Shown: in pieces, positions 19,108-31,928 of the stretch | Layout of the letters: the number at the start of each line of letters is the position of its first letter | Numbering within the stretch: position 1 is the first letter of the stretch | NCBI GenBank assembly: GCA_963706955.1 | Contig: CAVPOC010000008.1 | Coordinates: forward strand, 896,001-960,000 | Length of the DNA: 64,000 bases | Source of the DNA: an uncultured Verrucomicrobiae bacterium | Lineage (GTDB): Bacteria; Verrucomicrobiota; Verrucomicrobiia; Chthoniobacterales; Terrimicrobiaceae | Reading direction: 5' to 3' | Position numbers and translations under genes: made by a program | Notes under the pieces: generated by a model | Databases searched by the model: none | The model's input: the letters and a program-made list of their open reading frames with translations, nothing else | Told to the model about the DNA's origin: nothing

Positions 19108-20637
19108 GTGAATGAAGAATTTCTCTGGGGTGTGGCCAGCTCTGGCTACCAATGCGAAGGCGGCTACAATGGATCCGACCAGCCCCAGAACAATTGGGCC
19201 GGGCTGGAAGCGCGCGGAATCGTCATGCGCACTGGACCGGCCGCAGACTTTTGGAACCGGTACGAAGAAGATCTTGCTCATAGCCAGGCGATGGGTCTCA
19301 ACGCCTTCCGACTGAGCATCGAGTGGGCCCGCGTTCAGCCCTCGACCTCGACCGCGGCCGCAATAACGCCTCCGCCCTTCGACTCGGCCGCTCTGGACGG
19401 CTATGCTGATCGCCTGGCTGCCTGTCGCCGGCATAACCTCGAACCCGTCGTCACCCTCCAGCACTTCACTCATCCTGCCTGGCTGGGAGTGGATGTGTGG
19501 CTGGATGACCGCACGCCGGCCCTCTTCGAGCAGTTCGTGTCCACCGCCGTTGCACACGTCAATCGCCGACTGGTCGAGATCCATGGAGAGCGTCCATTGC
19601 AGTGGTTCGTCACCATCAACGAGCCGAATATGCTCGTCATCAATACGTACTTGAACCGCCACTTTCCAGGCGGAGGCCAGCGCGGCATGAAGGTCGCCGT
19701 CACCGCCTACAACCGTCTCCTCGCCGCACATGTGCGCGCTTACAACGCCATCCATGATCTTTTCGAGTCAGAAGGATGGCCGGCACCACGAGTGACGATG
19801 AATACCTTTTGCAGTGACGTTTACTGGTCCGAGAAGATGCTGCTGGATCTGCTTTGTCTCCGCGAGCGCGGTGTGCGCTCTCCAGAGTTGAAAGCGTACC
19901 TTCAGGCAGGTTCGAGCGGCCTTCATCAAGCCCTGCTCAAGGCAGACCTCCCCTTCCATTCCGACCCGTTTGTCTGGCTCGGACGTCTTTTTCACATTCT
20001 GGTCAACACTCTCGCGCCCAAGCACGCTGTCTTGGACACATTTGAGTACTTCCTCGAGACTCTCGCGCACTCCAAGCGCGACCGCGTCTTGGATTACCTT
20101 GGCCTGGACTACTACGATCCATTCACTGGCCACCTCTTTCGGCCGCCCTCATTTGGGGACATTGAGTTTCGAAAGGAGAGCCTCCGCAGCCACTTGATGG
20201 ATAGCTTATCTCGCAAATGGTGGGATTGGCATGTCCTGCCGGGAGGGCTTCACTTCTTCTGCAAGTACTATTCCGCAGAATTCCAGCGCGGAATTCTCAT
20301 CGCCGAAAATGGCATGGCGTTGCGACGAAAGTTCGACAACAGCATTGCGCATCCGCGGCGCGATCGCCTGACGCGCAGTGAGTTTCTGAAGGCACACGTA
20401 GCCGAGATACGCCGGCTTCTGGCAGAGCAGGTGCCGATGCTCGGGTATCTGCACTGGTCGATCACTGACAACTACGAATGGGGATCTTACACACCGCGGT
20501 TTGGCCTTTTTAGTATCGACTTCGCAAATCATGCAGAACGGCTCGCGATGGATCACCTCGGCGACCGACCCTCAGAAACTTATGCGCGGCTGGTAGCGCA
20601 GTGCCGGAGCGAAACTGTTGCAGCTCAGTCTGCTTAG
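19108..20637 (+). CDS. Glycoside hydrolase family 1
   Basis: FLWGVASSGYQCEG, RLSIEWARV, TINEP (acid/base), IAENG (nucleophile), DNYEWG...RFGL. Confidence 0.92.
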   Translation: MNEEFLWGVASSGYQCEGGYNGSDQPQNNWAGLEARGIVMRTGPAADFWNRYEEDLAHSQAMGLNAFRLSIEWARVQPSTSTAAAITPPPFDSAALDGYADRLAACRRHNLEPVVTLQHFTHPAWLGVDVWLDDRTPALFEQFVSTAVAHVNRRLVEIHGERPLQWFVTINEPNMLVINTYLNRHFPGGGQRGMKVAVTAYNRLLAAHVRAYNAIHDLFESEGWPAPRVTMNTFCSDVYWSEKMLLDLLCLRERGVRSPELKAYLQAGSSGLHQALLKADLPFHSDPFVWLGRLFHILVNTLAPKHAVLDTFEYFLETLAHSKRDRVLDYLGLDYYDPFTGHLFRPPSFGDIEFRKESLRSHLMDSLSRKWWDWHVLPGGLHFFCKYYSAEFQRGILIAENGMALRRKFDNSIAHPRRDRLTRSEFLKAHVAEIRRLLAEQVPMLGYLHWSITDNYEWGSYTPRFGLFSIDFANHAERLAMDHLGDRPSETYARLVAQCRSETVAAQSA

Positions 20638-20731
20638 GCGCAATGCTGCGCGGGTGGAAGTCTAAGGCGTTCGCCTTGGCGCGCGTCTCACGTAAGACGA
20701 ACGGAACGCTGCAATCGCGGGCATGTTGCTC

Positions 20732-20839
20732 GTTCTAGGGAGCGCACGCGTCCCCGCGTGCAATTTTCCGACGTCTCGTCGGAAAACCCTGTTCGGCGGG
20801 ACGCCGAACACCATGCGGGACGCATATGCTTCCCAGAAC
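20732..20839. repeat. Four-hairpin REP-like element (family C)
   Basis: Ends GTTCTAGGGA...TCCCAGAAC; hairpins GCACGCG/CGCGTGC, TTTTCCGACG/CGTCGGAAAA, TGTTCGGCG/CGCCGAACA, ATGCG/CGCAT; between convergent genes. Confidence 0.75.
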
Positions 20840-20924
20840 CTGGCGGCGATTGCTAAGGACGGGAACTGAAAGGGCGCCCTTGACGCTTGCTTTGCGGAGG
20901 CAACTCGTCCGCCATTGCCGCCAT

Positions 20925-23090
20925 CTAGCTCTTTTGTTGCTCGAGGACGGCACTGAGGACGTTGGCTGGCACCTGCTCAAAATGGGAGGGCTCCATCGAG
21001 TAAGACGAGCGCCCCTTAGAGAGAGAGCGAATAGCCGTTGCATAGCCAAACAGTTCGGCCAGGGGGACCTCCGCGGTAATCGTGGAAAGTTTGCCCTTAG
21101 TTTCCACGCCGCTAATGCGCGCGCGTCGACGATTCAGGTCGCCCGTGATGTCGCCTTGGAATTCGTCCGGCGTGATGTTCTCGACCTTCATGATCGGCTC
21201 GAGGAGGATCGGCTTGGCCTTCTTCAACGCGTCCTTCAATGAAAAGATCGCCGCCATCTTGAAGGCAAGTTCATTTGAGTCAACGTCGTGGTAGCTGCCG
21301 TCAACGATGTCCACGTGAATATCGATCACCGGATAACCACCGATGACGCCATTATGAGTGGCTTCCTTCAGGCCTTTGATGCAAGCGGGGATGTACTCTT
21401 TAGGGATGTTGCCGCCGACAACCTTGTTCTCGATGGTGATTCCCTTGCCACGCGCATTCGGCGCAACCTTGATAATAACGTGCCCATATTGGCCACGACC
21501 ACCCGATTGCTTGATCAGCTTACCTTCGCCATCGGCCGAAACTAGGATCGTCTCCTTGTAGGCAATCTGCGGCTTACCCGCGTTCGCCTCGACCTTGAAC
21601 TCCCGAAACATGCGGTCGCGGATAATCTCGAGGTGTAGCTCGCCCATCCCGGCGATAATCGTCTGCCCGGTCTCTTCGTTGGTAAAGACGCGGAAGGTTG
21701 GATCTTCCTCTGCCAAGCGCTGCAGCGCGTTGGACATCTTCTCCTGGTCGAGCTTGGTCTTCGGTTCAACCGCCATCGAGATGACCGGGTCGGGGAACGA
21801 AGGCGGCTCCAAGGCGATCGGGTAATCCTCGTCACACAATGTATCGCCAGTCGTAATATTCTTGATGCCGACGATGGCAGCAATATCCCCGGAGTAGCAG
21901 GTGTCTATGTCTTCGCGTTTGTCAGCCTGAATCTGAATAAGGCGGCTGATTCGCTCGCGCTTGTTCGTGCGTGGGTTATAAACCGTGTCACCCTTGCTTA
22001 GCTTACCCGAATAGACGCGGAAGAAGACGAGCTTGCCGACGTATGGATCACTCCAAAGCTTGAAAGCAAGCGAGCAAAATTTCGCGTTGTCATCCGCCGG
22101 TGCTTCCATCGGCTCACCGGTGTCAGGATTTTGACCTTTCGCCGGAGGAATGTCGAGGGGGCTCGGCAAGTAGTCCACGACGGCGTCCACCAGGTATTGC
22201 ACGCCCTTATTCTTGAAGGCGGAGCCTCCGGCAACCGGAACAAATCTGTTGGTAATCGTCTGCCGTCGAATCGCCGCCTTGAGGTCTTGCTTGGTGATCG
22301 GCTTCTCTTCGAGAAAAAGCATGCCGACTTCCTCATCGAGATCGCACATCTGCTCGACCAGATCCTGGTACGCCTTTTCGGCAATAGCTTTGTACTCCGC
22401 CGGAATATCCACGATCTCGTAGGTCGACCCGACCTGATCGCTGTCGGAGTAAATGACCGCTTTTTGATTCAGGACGTCGATCTGGCCCTTGAGATAATCT
22501 TCTTTGCCCAGCGGAAGTAGGATGGGCCAGGCGTTGGCGCCCAATTTCTGGCGCATGCTATTGATCGCGCCGTCGAAGTCGGCGCCGACACGGTCCATCT
22601 TGTTTACGAAGGCGATGCGAGGCACCCCATATTTCGACGCCTGCCGCCAGACGGTTTCCGACTGCGGTTGGACGCCGGCAACACCACAAAAGACGGCAAT
22701 CGCGCCATCCAGGACGCGGAGCGAACGCTCGACCTCTGCGGTAAAATCCACATGGCCGGGAGTGTCGATGATGTTTACCCGTTGTTTGATGCCTTCGAAG
22801 ATCTTGTAAACCCCTTCTTCCTTCCGCTGCACCCACGAACAGGTCGTCGCCGCTGAAGTGATGGTGATTCCTCGCTCGCGCTCTTGTTCCATCCAGTCGG
22901 TCACGGTGGTCCCCTCATGGACCTCCCCGATCTTATGAATCATGCCCGTATAGAACAGAATCCGCTCGGTAAGGGTGGTCTTGCCGGCATCGATGTGTGC
23001 CGCAATTCCAATGTTGCGCGTCCGCTCGAGCGGGAAGGCTCGATCGGGAGAATTATTGGAGCGGGCTTTGGCCTCAAGCGTTGCAGACAT
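20925..23090 (-). CDS. fusA: Elongation factor G (not in an rpsL-rpsG-fusA-tuf operon)
   Basis: [33 protein letters not shown]. Confidence 0.97.
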   Translation of the reverse strand: MSATLEAKARSNNSPDRAFPLERTRNIGIAAHIDAGKTTLTERILFYTGMIHKIGEVHEGTTVTDWMEQERERGITITSAATTCSWVQRKEEGVYKIFEGIKQRVNIIDTPGHVDFTAEVERSLRVLDGAIAVFCGVAGVQPQSETVWRQASKYGVPRIAFVNKMDRVGADFDGAINSMRQKLGANAWPILLPLGKEDYLKGQIDVLNQKAVIYSDSDQVGSTYEIVDIPAEYKAIAEKAYQDLVEQMCDLDEEVGMLFLEEKPITKQDLKAAIRRQTITNRFVPVAGGSAFKNKGVQYLVDAVVDYLPSPLDIPPAKGQNPDTGEPMEAPADDNAKFCSLAFKLWSDPYVGKLVFFRVYSGKLSKGDTVYNPRTNKRERISRLIQIQADKREDIDTCYSGDIAAIVGIKNITTGDTLCDEDYPIALEPPSFPDPVISMAVEPKTKLDQEKMSNALQRLAEEDPTFRVFTNEETGQTIIAGMGELHLEIIRDRMFREFKVEANAGKPQIAYKETILVSADGEGKLIKQSGGRGQYGHVIIKVAPNARGKGITIENKVVGGNIPKEYIPACIKGLKEATHNGVIGGYPVIDIHVDIVDGSYHDVDSNELAFKMAAIFSLKDALKKAKPILLEPIMKVENITPDEFQGDITGDLNRRRARISGVETKGKLSTITAEVPLAELFGYATAIRSLSKGRSSYSMEPSHFEQVPANVLSAVLEQQKS

Positions 23091-23370
23091 GGCGAAGACA
23101 GGTTGCGTTCACGACAAGCCGAAGCACGACAGACTCTTACGGAGCTCTGTCGTCAAAAATGCCTCTGGATGCCATGGAAACATGATTGAAATCCCCGCAA
23201 TTGAGACGGGGAAAGGATAACTCTTTCGCCATCGTGCGGGGGTCAGGGAAGGTAAAGAACCCGAACCGCCAAGCAAGAGAAAAGTTTCTCGAGTGCGCTG
23301 GGGCTGAACGCCCAGAGAGCAGATGTTGGTGGAGCCTCCCGCCGGCGAATGTCGAGCGGTCTGCTGCCCG

Positions 23371-23698
23371 CTAGGAAGATTTTCTGCCGGCTTCTTTGCG
23401 CAGTTGGCGCTCTGCTTCGACCCAATCCTCCACCTCGTCTCCCGGCAGACTGAGACTCCGTCGATGTTCGGCGATGTAGTAAGCTCGCAATGCGATCTCA
23501 TCCGCGGAAATCTCCGGGCCAGCCTTTTTTCGAACACCGGCAGCGCGGCGAGGCTTGGGTCGTCACTGGAAGTTCCGATGCTCGAAGCGAGGCATTCCTG
23601 TCGGTGGGAGCACCTAGTTCCTGCAACGGCTTCTTGGATGAGCTTGCTTTTGACCTCTTCGTATCGTCGGATTTATCTTTCTTCTTTTTCGACATCAT
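23371..23698 (-). CDS. DUF2934 domain protein with Lys-rich N-terminus (frameshifted; domain absent from ORF track)
   Basis: Hand translation: ISADEIALRAYYIAEHRRSLSLPGDEVEDWVEAERQL...stop at 23371; N-terminus MMSKKKKDK lies in another frame. Confidence 0.72.
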
Positions 23699-23790
23699 TT
23701 CGATTCTTTGGGGCACTAGACTACCCTCGCGATTGGCAGGGTTTGCAAAATAAATCTTCAAAATTTTTCCGACCAAAATAGGTTTGGCGT

Positions 23791-24201
23791 ATGACTGCGT
23801 TCGTCATTCGATGGCTGGTCACAACCGTTGCAGTTCTGGTTGCTGCGCACGTGATTCCCGGAGTGACCTACGAGGGGTGGGGCACTTTGCTGGGGGCGTC
23901 GCTCTTGCTTGGAATCATCAACGCATTTATTCGGCCGATCCTGCTGCTCCTGAGTTTGCCCTTTATCATTATCACCATGGGATTGTTCATCTTTGTCATC
24001 AACGCACTGCTGCTGATGCTGGTCTCGAAGATTGTCCCGGCTTTCCAGGTCTCCGGATTTTGGAGCGCGTTCTTTGGCGCGATTGTCATCAGTCTGGTCA
24101 GCTGGCTGCTGAGCTCGTTCTTCCGCGGAAGCGACGGAAAAATCCATGCGATCACGCATCATGCCACGATCAAACGGGCGAATGCACGCGTCGTTGAATG
24201 A
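23791..24201 (+). CDS. Phage holin family 4 / YvlD-like membrane protein
   Basis: 4 TM; NAFIRPIL...ITMGLF...INA, GFWSAFFGA. Confidence 0.85.
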   Translation: MTAFVIRWLVTTVAVLVAAHVIPGVTYEGWGTLLGASLLLGIINAFIRPILLLLSLPFIIITMGLFIFVINALLLMLVSKIVPAFQVSGFWSAFFGAIVISLVSWLLSSFFRGSDGKIHAITHHATIKRANARVVE

Positions 24202-24940
24202 CTTACTGCCTGAGCCTGAAATGCCACGAGGGCTTGGTCTTCCTCTCCGACTCGCGAACCAGCGCCGGAGTGGACAACGTCACCATTCACTCCAAGATGC
24301 GAGTTTTCGAACTGCGCGGGCAACGCGTGTTCTGTCTGATGAGCTCAGGCAATCTTTCCATCACCCAGTCGGTGATCTCCCTCATTGAACGCGACATTGA
24401 AATGGGAAGAGAGGATCCCCATCTGGATACCCTGCTCAATCGGACGAACTTCCTCGAGACGGTTCATTATGTAGGTCAGCGGCTTCGCGAAGTGCGCCGG
24501 ATGCACGCCGAGGCGTTAGATCGAGCTGGCATCAGCTTCAACAGCAATTTCATCCTTGGGGGCCAGATCGAGAAGCACCCGCCGGAGATCTACCAGATTT
24601 ATCCGGAAGGGAATGCCATCCACGCGAGCAGCGAGTCGCCTTTTCTGCAGATCGGGGAGTTGAAGTACGGCAAGCCGATCCTCGATCGTGTCTTCACCTC
24701 CAGAACCACGCTGGCCGAGGCGGCCAAGCTGGGATTGCTCTCGCTCGACGCCACCGCCAAGAGCAACCTCTCCGTGGGCACCCCGTTCGAGATGCTCGCC
24801 TATCGAGTTGATAGTCTAGAGGTGCGCCATCGCATCAAGTTCGAAGAAAACGATCCCTACCTTCGCATGGTCTGCGATCGCTGGCAGGAGGGCCTGATTC
24901 AACTTGTGCACAACATCCCGGAACTCGATGTTCTCAAACA

Positions 24941-24944
<4 letters not shown>
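24198..24944 (+). CDS. Proteasome-type protease (Anbu-like Ntn hydrolase)
   Basis: MTYC start exposing Thr1, DSRTSAGVD, SGNLSITQ, IYPEGN, QIGExKYGKPILDR, SNLSVG. Confidence 0.88.
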
Positions 24945-26842
<1,898 letters not shown>

Positions 26843-26852
26843 CCGTGATCAC

Positions 26853-26912
26853 CGCGGCGGGGTGTCCCCACCGCCGGGGACCCCCTCGGGCGTGAGGACA
26901 CGGCCATCACAA
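26853..26912. repeat. Degenerate REPIN (family B); another half-copy near 26989..27010
   Basis: GCGGCGGGGTGTCCCCACCGCCG ... GGCGTGAGGACACGGCCATCAC. Confidence 0.7.
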
Positions 26913-27179
26913 AGTAGACCGGTTCGATTCTGAGGCTGGCCGCTTCAGAGGGTGCCCGTTCGACGGTGGGCCCACCTAGGGAGGCCCTTTGGGGACATCA
27001 CAGCTACAAACTTCGTGCCTTTTCGGAACGGTAGGCCAGAATTTATCGATTTGGGCTGTCAAAGTTTCGGCGCTTGACGCGGCCGCGCGCGGGCAGCAAC
27101 TTTCCGGCTCTGGCCAAAGGGCTGGGATCGGGCGACGAAAAAGATCCCCCAAAGGGCCAGTTCACCATGCAAAATTTCC

Positions 27180-28223
27180 ATGTTTGACAATGTCCTAGGC
27201 TTTTTCTCAAACGACATCGGTATCGATTTAGGCACAGCGAACACCCTGGTTTATGTCAAAGACCACGGCATCGTCCTGCGTGAGCCCTCCGTCGTAGCGG
27301 TTCAACAGGGCACCAACAAGGTTCTGGCTGTCGGCGATGAAGCGAAACGTATGCTCGGCCGAACTCCGGGCAACATCGTCGCCATCCGACCACTGAAGGA
27401 TGGCGTCATTGCCGATTTCGAGGTTACCGAAGCGATGCTCCGGCACTTTATCAGCAAGGTCCATAACCGCCGCCGCATGGTCCGACCCCGCGTAGTTATC
27501 GCTGTGCCAAGCGGAATCACCGAAGTTGAGAAGCGCGCGGTCAAGGACTCGGCAACGCACGCGGGCGCCCGCGAGGTTTACTTGATCGAGGAACCGATGG
27601 CCGCTGCCATTGGCGTCGGGCTGCCCGTGCAAGACGCCGCCGGAAACATGATCATCGATATCGGCGGTGGCACCACCGAGGTCGCGTTGATTTCTCTCTC
27701 CGGCATTGTCTTCAGCCGCAGCGTACGTGTCGCTGGGGACGAGCTCGATGAGTCGATCATGAACTATATGAAGCGGGCCTATAACCTGATGATCGGCGAA
27801 CGGACTGCGGAGGATATCAAGATCAAGATCGGCTCTGCCTATAAGCTGGAGAAGGAGATGAGTATGGAAGTCAAAGGGCGCGACCTTGTCGCAGGCCTTC
27901 CGAAAACGATCACCATCTCGTCCCAGGAAGTTCGTGAAGCACTGCTGGAGCCGGTCTCAACCATTGTCGATTCCGTCCGGATCACTCTCGAACGCTGCCC
28001 GCCGGAACTCTCGGCAGATCTCGTGGATAGAGGGCTCGTCCTGGCAGGAGGCGGCGCCCTCCTGCGCGGTCTCGACAAACTCTTGCAGGAAGAAACCGGC
28101 TTGTCCGTCCACGTGGCGGAGGACCCGCTCAGCGCGGTCGCAGAAGGCACGGGCCGCGCACTTCAGGAGCTTCGGTTTCTTAAGGCGGTGGCTTCCCGCG
28201 ATCGCAGCTCGAATAGCAATTGA
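27180..28223 (+). CDS. mreB: Rod shape-determining protein MreB
   Basis: [24 protein letters not shown]. Confidence 0.97.
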   Translation: MFDNVLGFFSNDIGIDLGTANTLVYVKDHGIVLREPSVVAVQQGTNKVLAVGDEAKRMLGRTPGNIVAIRPLKDGVIADFEVTEAMLRHFISKVHNRRRMVRPRVVIAVPSGITEVEKRAVKDSATHAGAREVYLIEEPMAAAIGVGLPVQDAAGNMIIDIGGGTTEVALISLSGIVFSRSVRVAGDELDESIMNYMKRAYNLMIGERTAEDIKIKIGSAYKLEKEMSMEVKGRDLVAGLPKTITISSQEVREALLEPVSTIVDSVRITLERCPPELSADLVDRGLVLAGGGALLRGLDKLLQEETGLSVHVAEDPLSAVAEGTGRALQELRFLKAVASRDRSSNSN

Positions 28224-28273
28224 GCCCAAGTCCGTGCCAAGCCTGGCATTCTGAGATGTAGCCAAAGGTTTTC

Positions 28274-29095
28274 ATGAGCCGGCTCAACGTCATTTTGGTC
28301 ATCGTCGTGATTATCGGCGCGGTGATCATCTCGTCGTTTGGCGCCACGGCGATGCAGAGACTTCAGGCCGGTTTTTTGAGCGTGATTTCGCCGTTCCTCA
28401 AGACCGGGTCTGCCGTCCAAAGACAGATCGGAGCGATGGGAGAAGGATTGAAAACGCTTGATCAGTTGGAACGTGAGAACGAAGAGCTCAAGTCGGAGAA
28501 CAAAGAGCTTCGCGCGTCCAACCAGATTTTTCGGGACTTGGAAGCCGAAAACAGCAAGCTTCGCTCAGCCCTGGAATACAGGAAGCGATCAATTTTCAAG
28601 CTCTTGCCGGCCCGGATCATCTCGCGCGACGCTTCCGCCTGGTGGAGCACGGTGCGCATCAATCGGGGCTTTGAGGATGGTCTCGAGCCGGATCAGCCAG
28701 TGCTTACCGATGTTGGATTGGTCGGCAAAACCACCACCGTGGCCAAGAATGAGGCGATTGTCCTCCTGATCAGCGACGAAAGCTGCAAGGTGGCTTCCAA
28801 GGTGGAAGGCTCCAATGAAAGGGGCATCCTTTCCGGACGGCGCATCGGCGAGGGCGAAGCGCCCACCGAGATGCAGCTCAATTTCTTGAGCAAGAAGGCG
28901 AATCTTCAGCCAGGACAAAAGGTCTATACCGAAGGGGTCACCAAAGGGAGTTCTACCGGAGTCTTTCCCTCCGGGATTTTCCTCGGGACTGTCAAAAGCT
29001 TTCAAGCGCGCCCGCTGGACGGGCAGGCAATCGTCGAGCCGGCGGTTGACCTCTCTACTGTCGAGGACGTCTTTGTGGTCGTCGGTGCCAAATGA
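28274..29095 (+). CDS. mreC: Rod shape-determining protein MreC
   Basis: TM, coiled coil, GLVGK, FPSGI; position after mreB. Confidence 0.92.
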   Translation: MSRLNVILVIVVIIGAVIISSFGATAMQRLQAGFLSVISPFLKTGSAVQRQIGAMGEGLKTLDQLERENEELKSENKELRASNQIFRDLEAENSKLRSALEYRKRSIFKLLPARIISRDASAWWSTVRINRGFEDGLEPDQPVLTDVGLVGKTTTVAKNEAIVLLISDESCKVASKVEGSNERGILSGRRIGEGEAPTEMQLNFLSKKANLQPGQKVYTEGVTKGSSTGVFPSGIFLGTVKSFQARPLDGQAIVEPAVDLSTVEDVFVVVGAK

Positions 29096-29649
29096 GACTG
29101 GCGATTGGCTGGTTTACATTGGCCGTGGCGATTTTAATCACAATTGTCATCCAAGAATTCATTCCTCCGCTGCGCTTTCTTCACGGGGCGCGCGTCTTTC
29201 TTGTCCCGATGCTCTTCTGCTATGGGGCGCTGTCGATGCCGTTTTGGGCGATGCTGTTGATGGCGATTTACACCGGCCTTTTAACAGACCTCGCGCACCT
29301 GAACGTCGTCAACGGTCATGTTGAAATCGCCCTGGGATGGTCTATTGTTGTCTTCGTGTTTTTCGGGCTCTTCGCTCACGGCCTTCAGCCCGCTTTCGTT
29401 CGCGGGCGCTGGTGGGTGCATGTTCTGCTCAGCTTAGTGTGCACGTGCGTTTTCCTTGCCCTGCAGTTCGTGATGATCTCGTTTAGAAGGCAGGGAATTT
29501 TCTTCAATGAGACTGTCGCCTGGCGAATCCTTGCGCCAGGCTTCATCGCCGCTGCCTTTGCCCCGCTGGTGCATTTGGCCGCGCTCAAGATCGCGCCCTA
29601 CGTGCATGGGTCGACCCGCCTGCGGCCCTTTCGGAGGATTCGGCAATGA
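29092..29649 (+). CDS. mreD: Rod shape-determining protein MreD-like membrane protein
   Basis: Hydrophobic, GLLTD motif; between mreC and mrdA. Confidence 0.75.
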   Translation: MRLAIGWFTLAVAILITIVIQEFIPPLRFLHGARVFLVPMLFCYGALSMPFWAMLLMAIYTGLLTDLAHLNVVNGHVEIALGWSIVVFVFFGLFAHGLQPAFVRGRWWVHVLLSLVCTCVFLALQFVMISFRRQGIFFNETVAWRILAPGFIAAAFAPLVHLAALKIAPYVHGSTRLRPFRRIRQ

Positions 29650-31868
29650 AACGCGGGCAGATTCCCTACAGAATCTACTTCCTTGGCAGCCTGATCTTTC
29701 TGGCGGTCTCGACGCTCGCCTTTCGACTTTGGTATGTCCAGATCGCACGCGGCGCCGAATATACCGCCAAAGTTGCCTCGGGTTCGCGTATCACCGTGCG
29801 AATTCCCGCCGTTCGAGGGGACATCCTCGATCGCAACGGAATTCCTCTCGTGCAAAACCGCGCCAGCTTCGACGTCGACTTCTTCCTGCCCGACATGGTG
29901 CGGGCCTATCGCGAGTCACACGGCAACGTTCCGATGCACACCTTCCGCGGAACTGTCCGCAATATGCAAAAGGACATGTCGGAGGCCGATGTTCGCCGGA
30001 TCGTTGCCGAAGAGATCATCCCTCGACTGGAGGAACTCGGCGTCGCGCAAGACTACAATGCGGACCGCTTGCAAATCCATTACCGGCTCCGCAGCGAAGT
30101 GCCTTACAATTACATGCAGGACATGGATTTCGAAACCATGGCCCTGCTCTCGGAGCGCAATCTAGGAGTTCCCGGCGTAACCGTCACCAAGAAGCCAGTG
30201 CGCCAATACCTCTTTGGGGCGCTCGGCGCACACTTCCTCGGTTACGTCGGAATGCCCAACGATCTCACCAAGCTTCCCGATATCAATAAATTCAATTTTT
30301 ACGACCCGGACATGGAGGGCAAAGCCCAGATCGAGTTGGCGATGAACGACTATCTCAAGGGCGAGGCCGGTATGAAGATCCTCCAGCGCGACGCCAAAGG
30401 CACGATCATCCGCAGCGAGACCGAGATCATCGAGCCGAAGCAGGGCGCCAATGTCTATCTCACCATCGACGCGCGCATCCAATATATCGTTGAGCAGGCT
30501 TTGCGTGTCGTCGGTCGCGCTGCCGCCGTCGTCGTCAATCCGAACAACGGCGACATCCTGGCAATGGCTTCCGTTCCTTCCTACGATCCAAACAAATTCA
30601 TCCCGGCCATCGCAGCGAAGGACTGGCTGGCTCTAAACAAGGACGAAACCGATCCCCTGCTCAATCGCGCCATCAGCGCTTACGCGCCGGGATCAACCTA
30701 CAAAATTCCTGTCGGTCTCGCGGGCCTGCACGCCGGCGTGGGCGACCGCTCCTTCAGCTGCTACGGCGGCGTCCAATATGGCAACAAATACATGCGTTGC
30801 TGGATTGCCGACAAGGGAGGCACCCACGGCAGGCTTGGCTTGCAAAATGCAATCAAAGTTTCCTGCAATGCATTCTTCTACCAGTATGGAAACGCCGCTG
30901 GCATTGATGAGATCGTGGCAATGGGGAATATGCTTGGGCTCGGCCAGAAATCCGGAATTCCTCTCTCCGGGGAGGCTCCGGGTGTGCTGCCGGGACCAGA
31001 ATGGTTGGCGGCAGTCAATCCCCAGGCGCGCTGGAGTGGTGGCCTGACGGCCAATACGGCGATCGGACAAGGCGACGTCCTGGCGACGCCCCTGCAGATG
31101 GCCATGGTGACAGCGGCGGTTGCCAGCGGAGGAACCAGTTACTATCCTAGAATGGTCGACAAAGTCGTTGCGCAGGATGGAAGTGTGGTTCTCCAGGAGT
31201 CGGCCAAGGTTCGCTCAAATCTGCTGACCGACGGGGGGATGACTGCAGCGATGATCGAGAAGGTGCGGCAGGGAATGAACAAAGTGGTCAACGAGAGCGG
31301 TGGCACCGCCGGCAAGGCGCGTATCAAGGATGTCACCGTGGCCGGAAAAACGGGGACGGCGCAATTCTGGCGCAGCGGAGTAAAGGATAATCATACCTGG
31401 TTCCTCGCCTTCGCGCCCTACGACGCGCCGAAGTACGCCATGTGCATTCTCGTCCAGGGCGCGAAATCGGGCGGCGGCGTCGCAGCTCCGATCGCGGCGA
31501 AAATCCTCGAAGACATCTTCGCCCTCGATCAAGGAAAAGACTATGAACTGGCCTGGCTGGAACCGGCAAAAGGAAATTTCAAGTTTACAGAGAGCATTGA
31601 CTTCAATCGCGAGATCCCCACTTCGACAGCAATCGCCGCGGATGAAGAGACGGGTCGAGACGATGATAACGATCGTCGACGTTCGCGGCGCTCGCAGGAG
31701 AGCAAGCCGGCGGCGCCCAACGTCCGTGCCGAAGCCGACGAGGGCGGGAGAGTTCAAAACAGGGTGCGCAAGCCTTCCGGAATTGAGAAGTTTTTCAATT
31801 TCCTCAGGGGCGGCGGCAGGGAAAAACGGGAGAGGCAAAGGGCTCCGGCGGCCCAGCCTGCACGCTGA
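29646..31868 (+). CDS. mrdA: Penicillin-binding protein 2
   Basis: RGDILDRNG, PGSTYK (SxxK), SCN, KTGTAQ. Confidence 0.94.
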   Translation: MKRGQIPYRIYFLGSLIFLAVSTLAFRLWYVQIARGAEYTAKVASGSRITVRIPAVRGDILDRNGIPLVQNRASFDVDFFLPDMVRAYRESHGNVPMHTFRGTVRNMQKDMSEADVRRIVAEEIIPRLEELGVAQDYNADRLQIHYRLRSEVPYNYMQDMDFETMALLSERNLGVPGVTVTKKPVRQYLFGALGAHFLGYVGMPNDLTKLPDINKFNFYDPDMEGKAQIELAMNDYLKGEAGMKILQRDAKGTIIRSETEIIEPKQGANVYLTIDARIQYIVEQALRVVGRAAAVVVNPNNGDILAMASVPSYDPNKFIPAIAAKDWLALNKDETDPLLNRAISAYAPGSTYKIPVGLAGLHAGVGDRSFSCYGGVQYGNKYMRCWIADKGGTHGRLGLQNAIKVSCNAFFYQYGNAAGIDEIVAMGNMLGLGQKSGIPLSGEAPGVLPGPEWLAAVNPQARWSGGLTANTAIGQGDVLATPLQMAMVTAAVASGGTSYYPRMVDKVVAQDGSVVLQESAKVRSNLLTDGGMTAAMIEKVRQGMNKVVNESGGTAGKARIKDVTVAGKTGTAQFWRSGVKDNHTWFLAFAPYDAPKYAMCILVQGAKSGGGVAAPIAAKILEDIFALDQGKDYELAWLEPAKGNFKFTESIDFNREIPTSTAIAADEETGRDDDNDRRRSRRSQESKPAAPNVRAEADEGGRVQNRVRKPSGIEKFFNFLRGGGREKRERQRAPAAQPAR

Positions 31869-31928
31869 TGAACAGCCTCTTCCCACAGCAATTTTTCCCA
31901 CCCTCCGGTGGGCAACTAGCAATTTTTA

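Noticed and set aside
23791..24201. Prophage lysis module (holin, plus the amidase at 58303)
   Set aside because: YvlD-like proteins are common chromosomal membrane proteins, the amidase is 34 kb away, and no phage structural or integrase genes are present.
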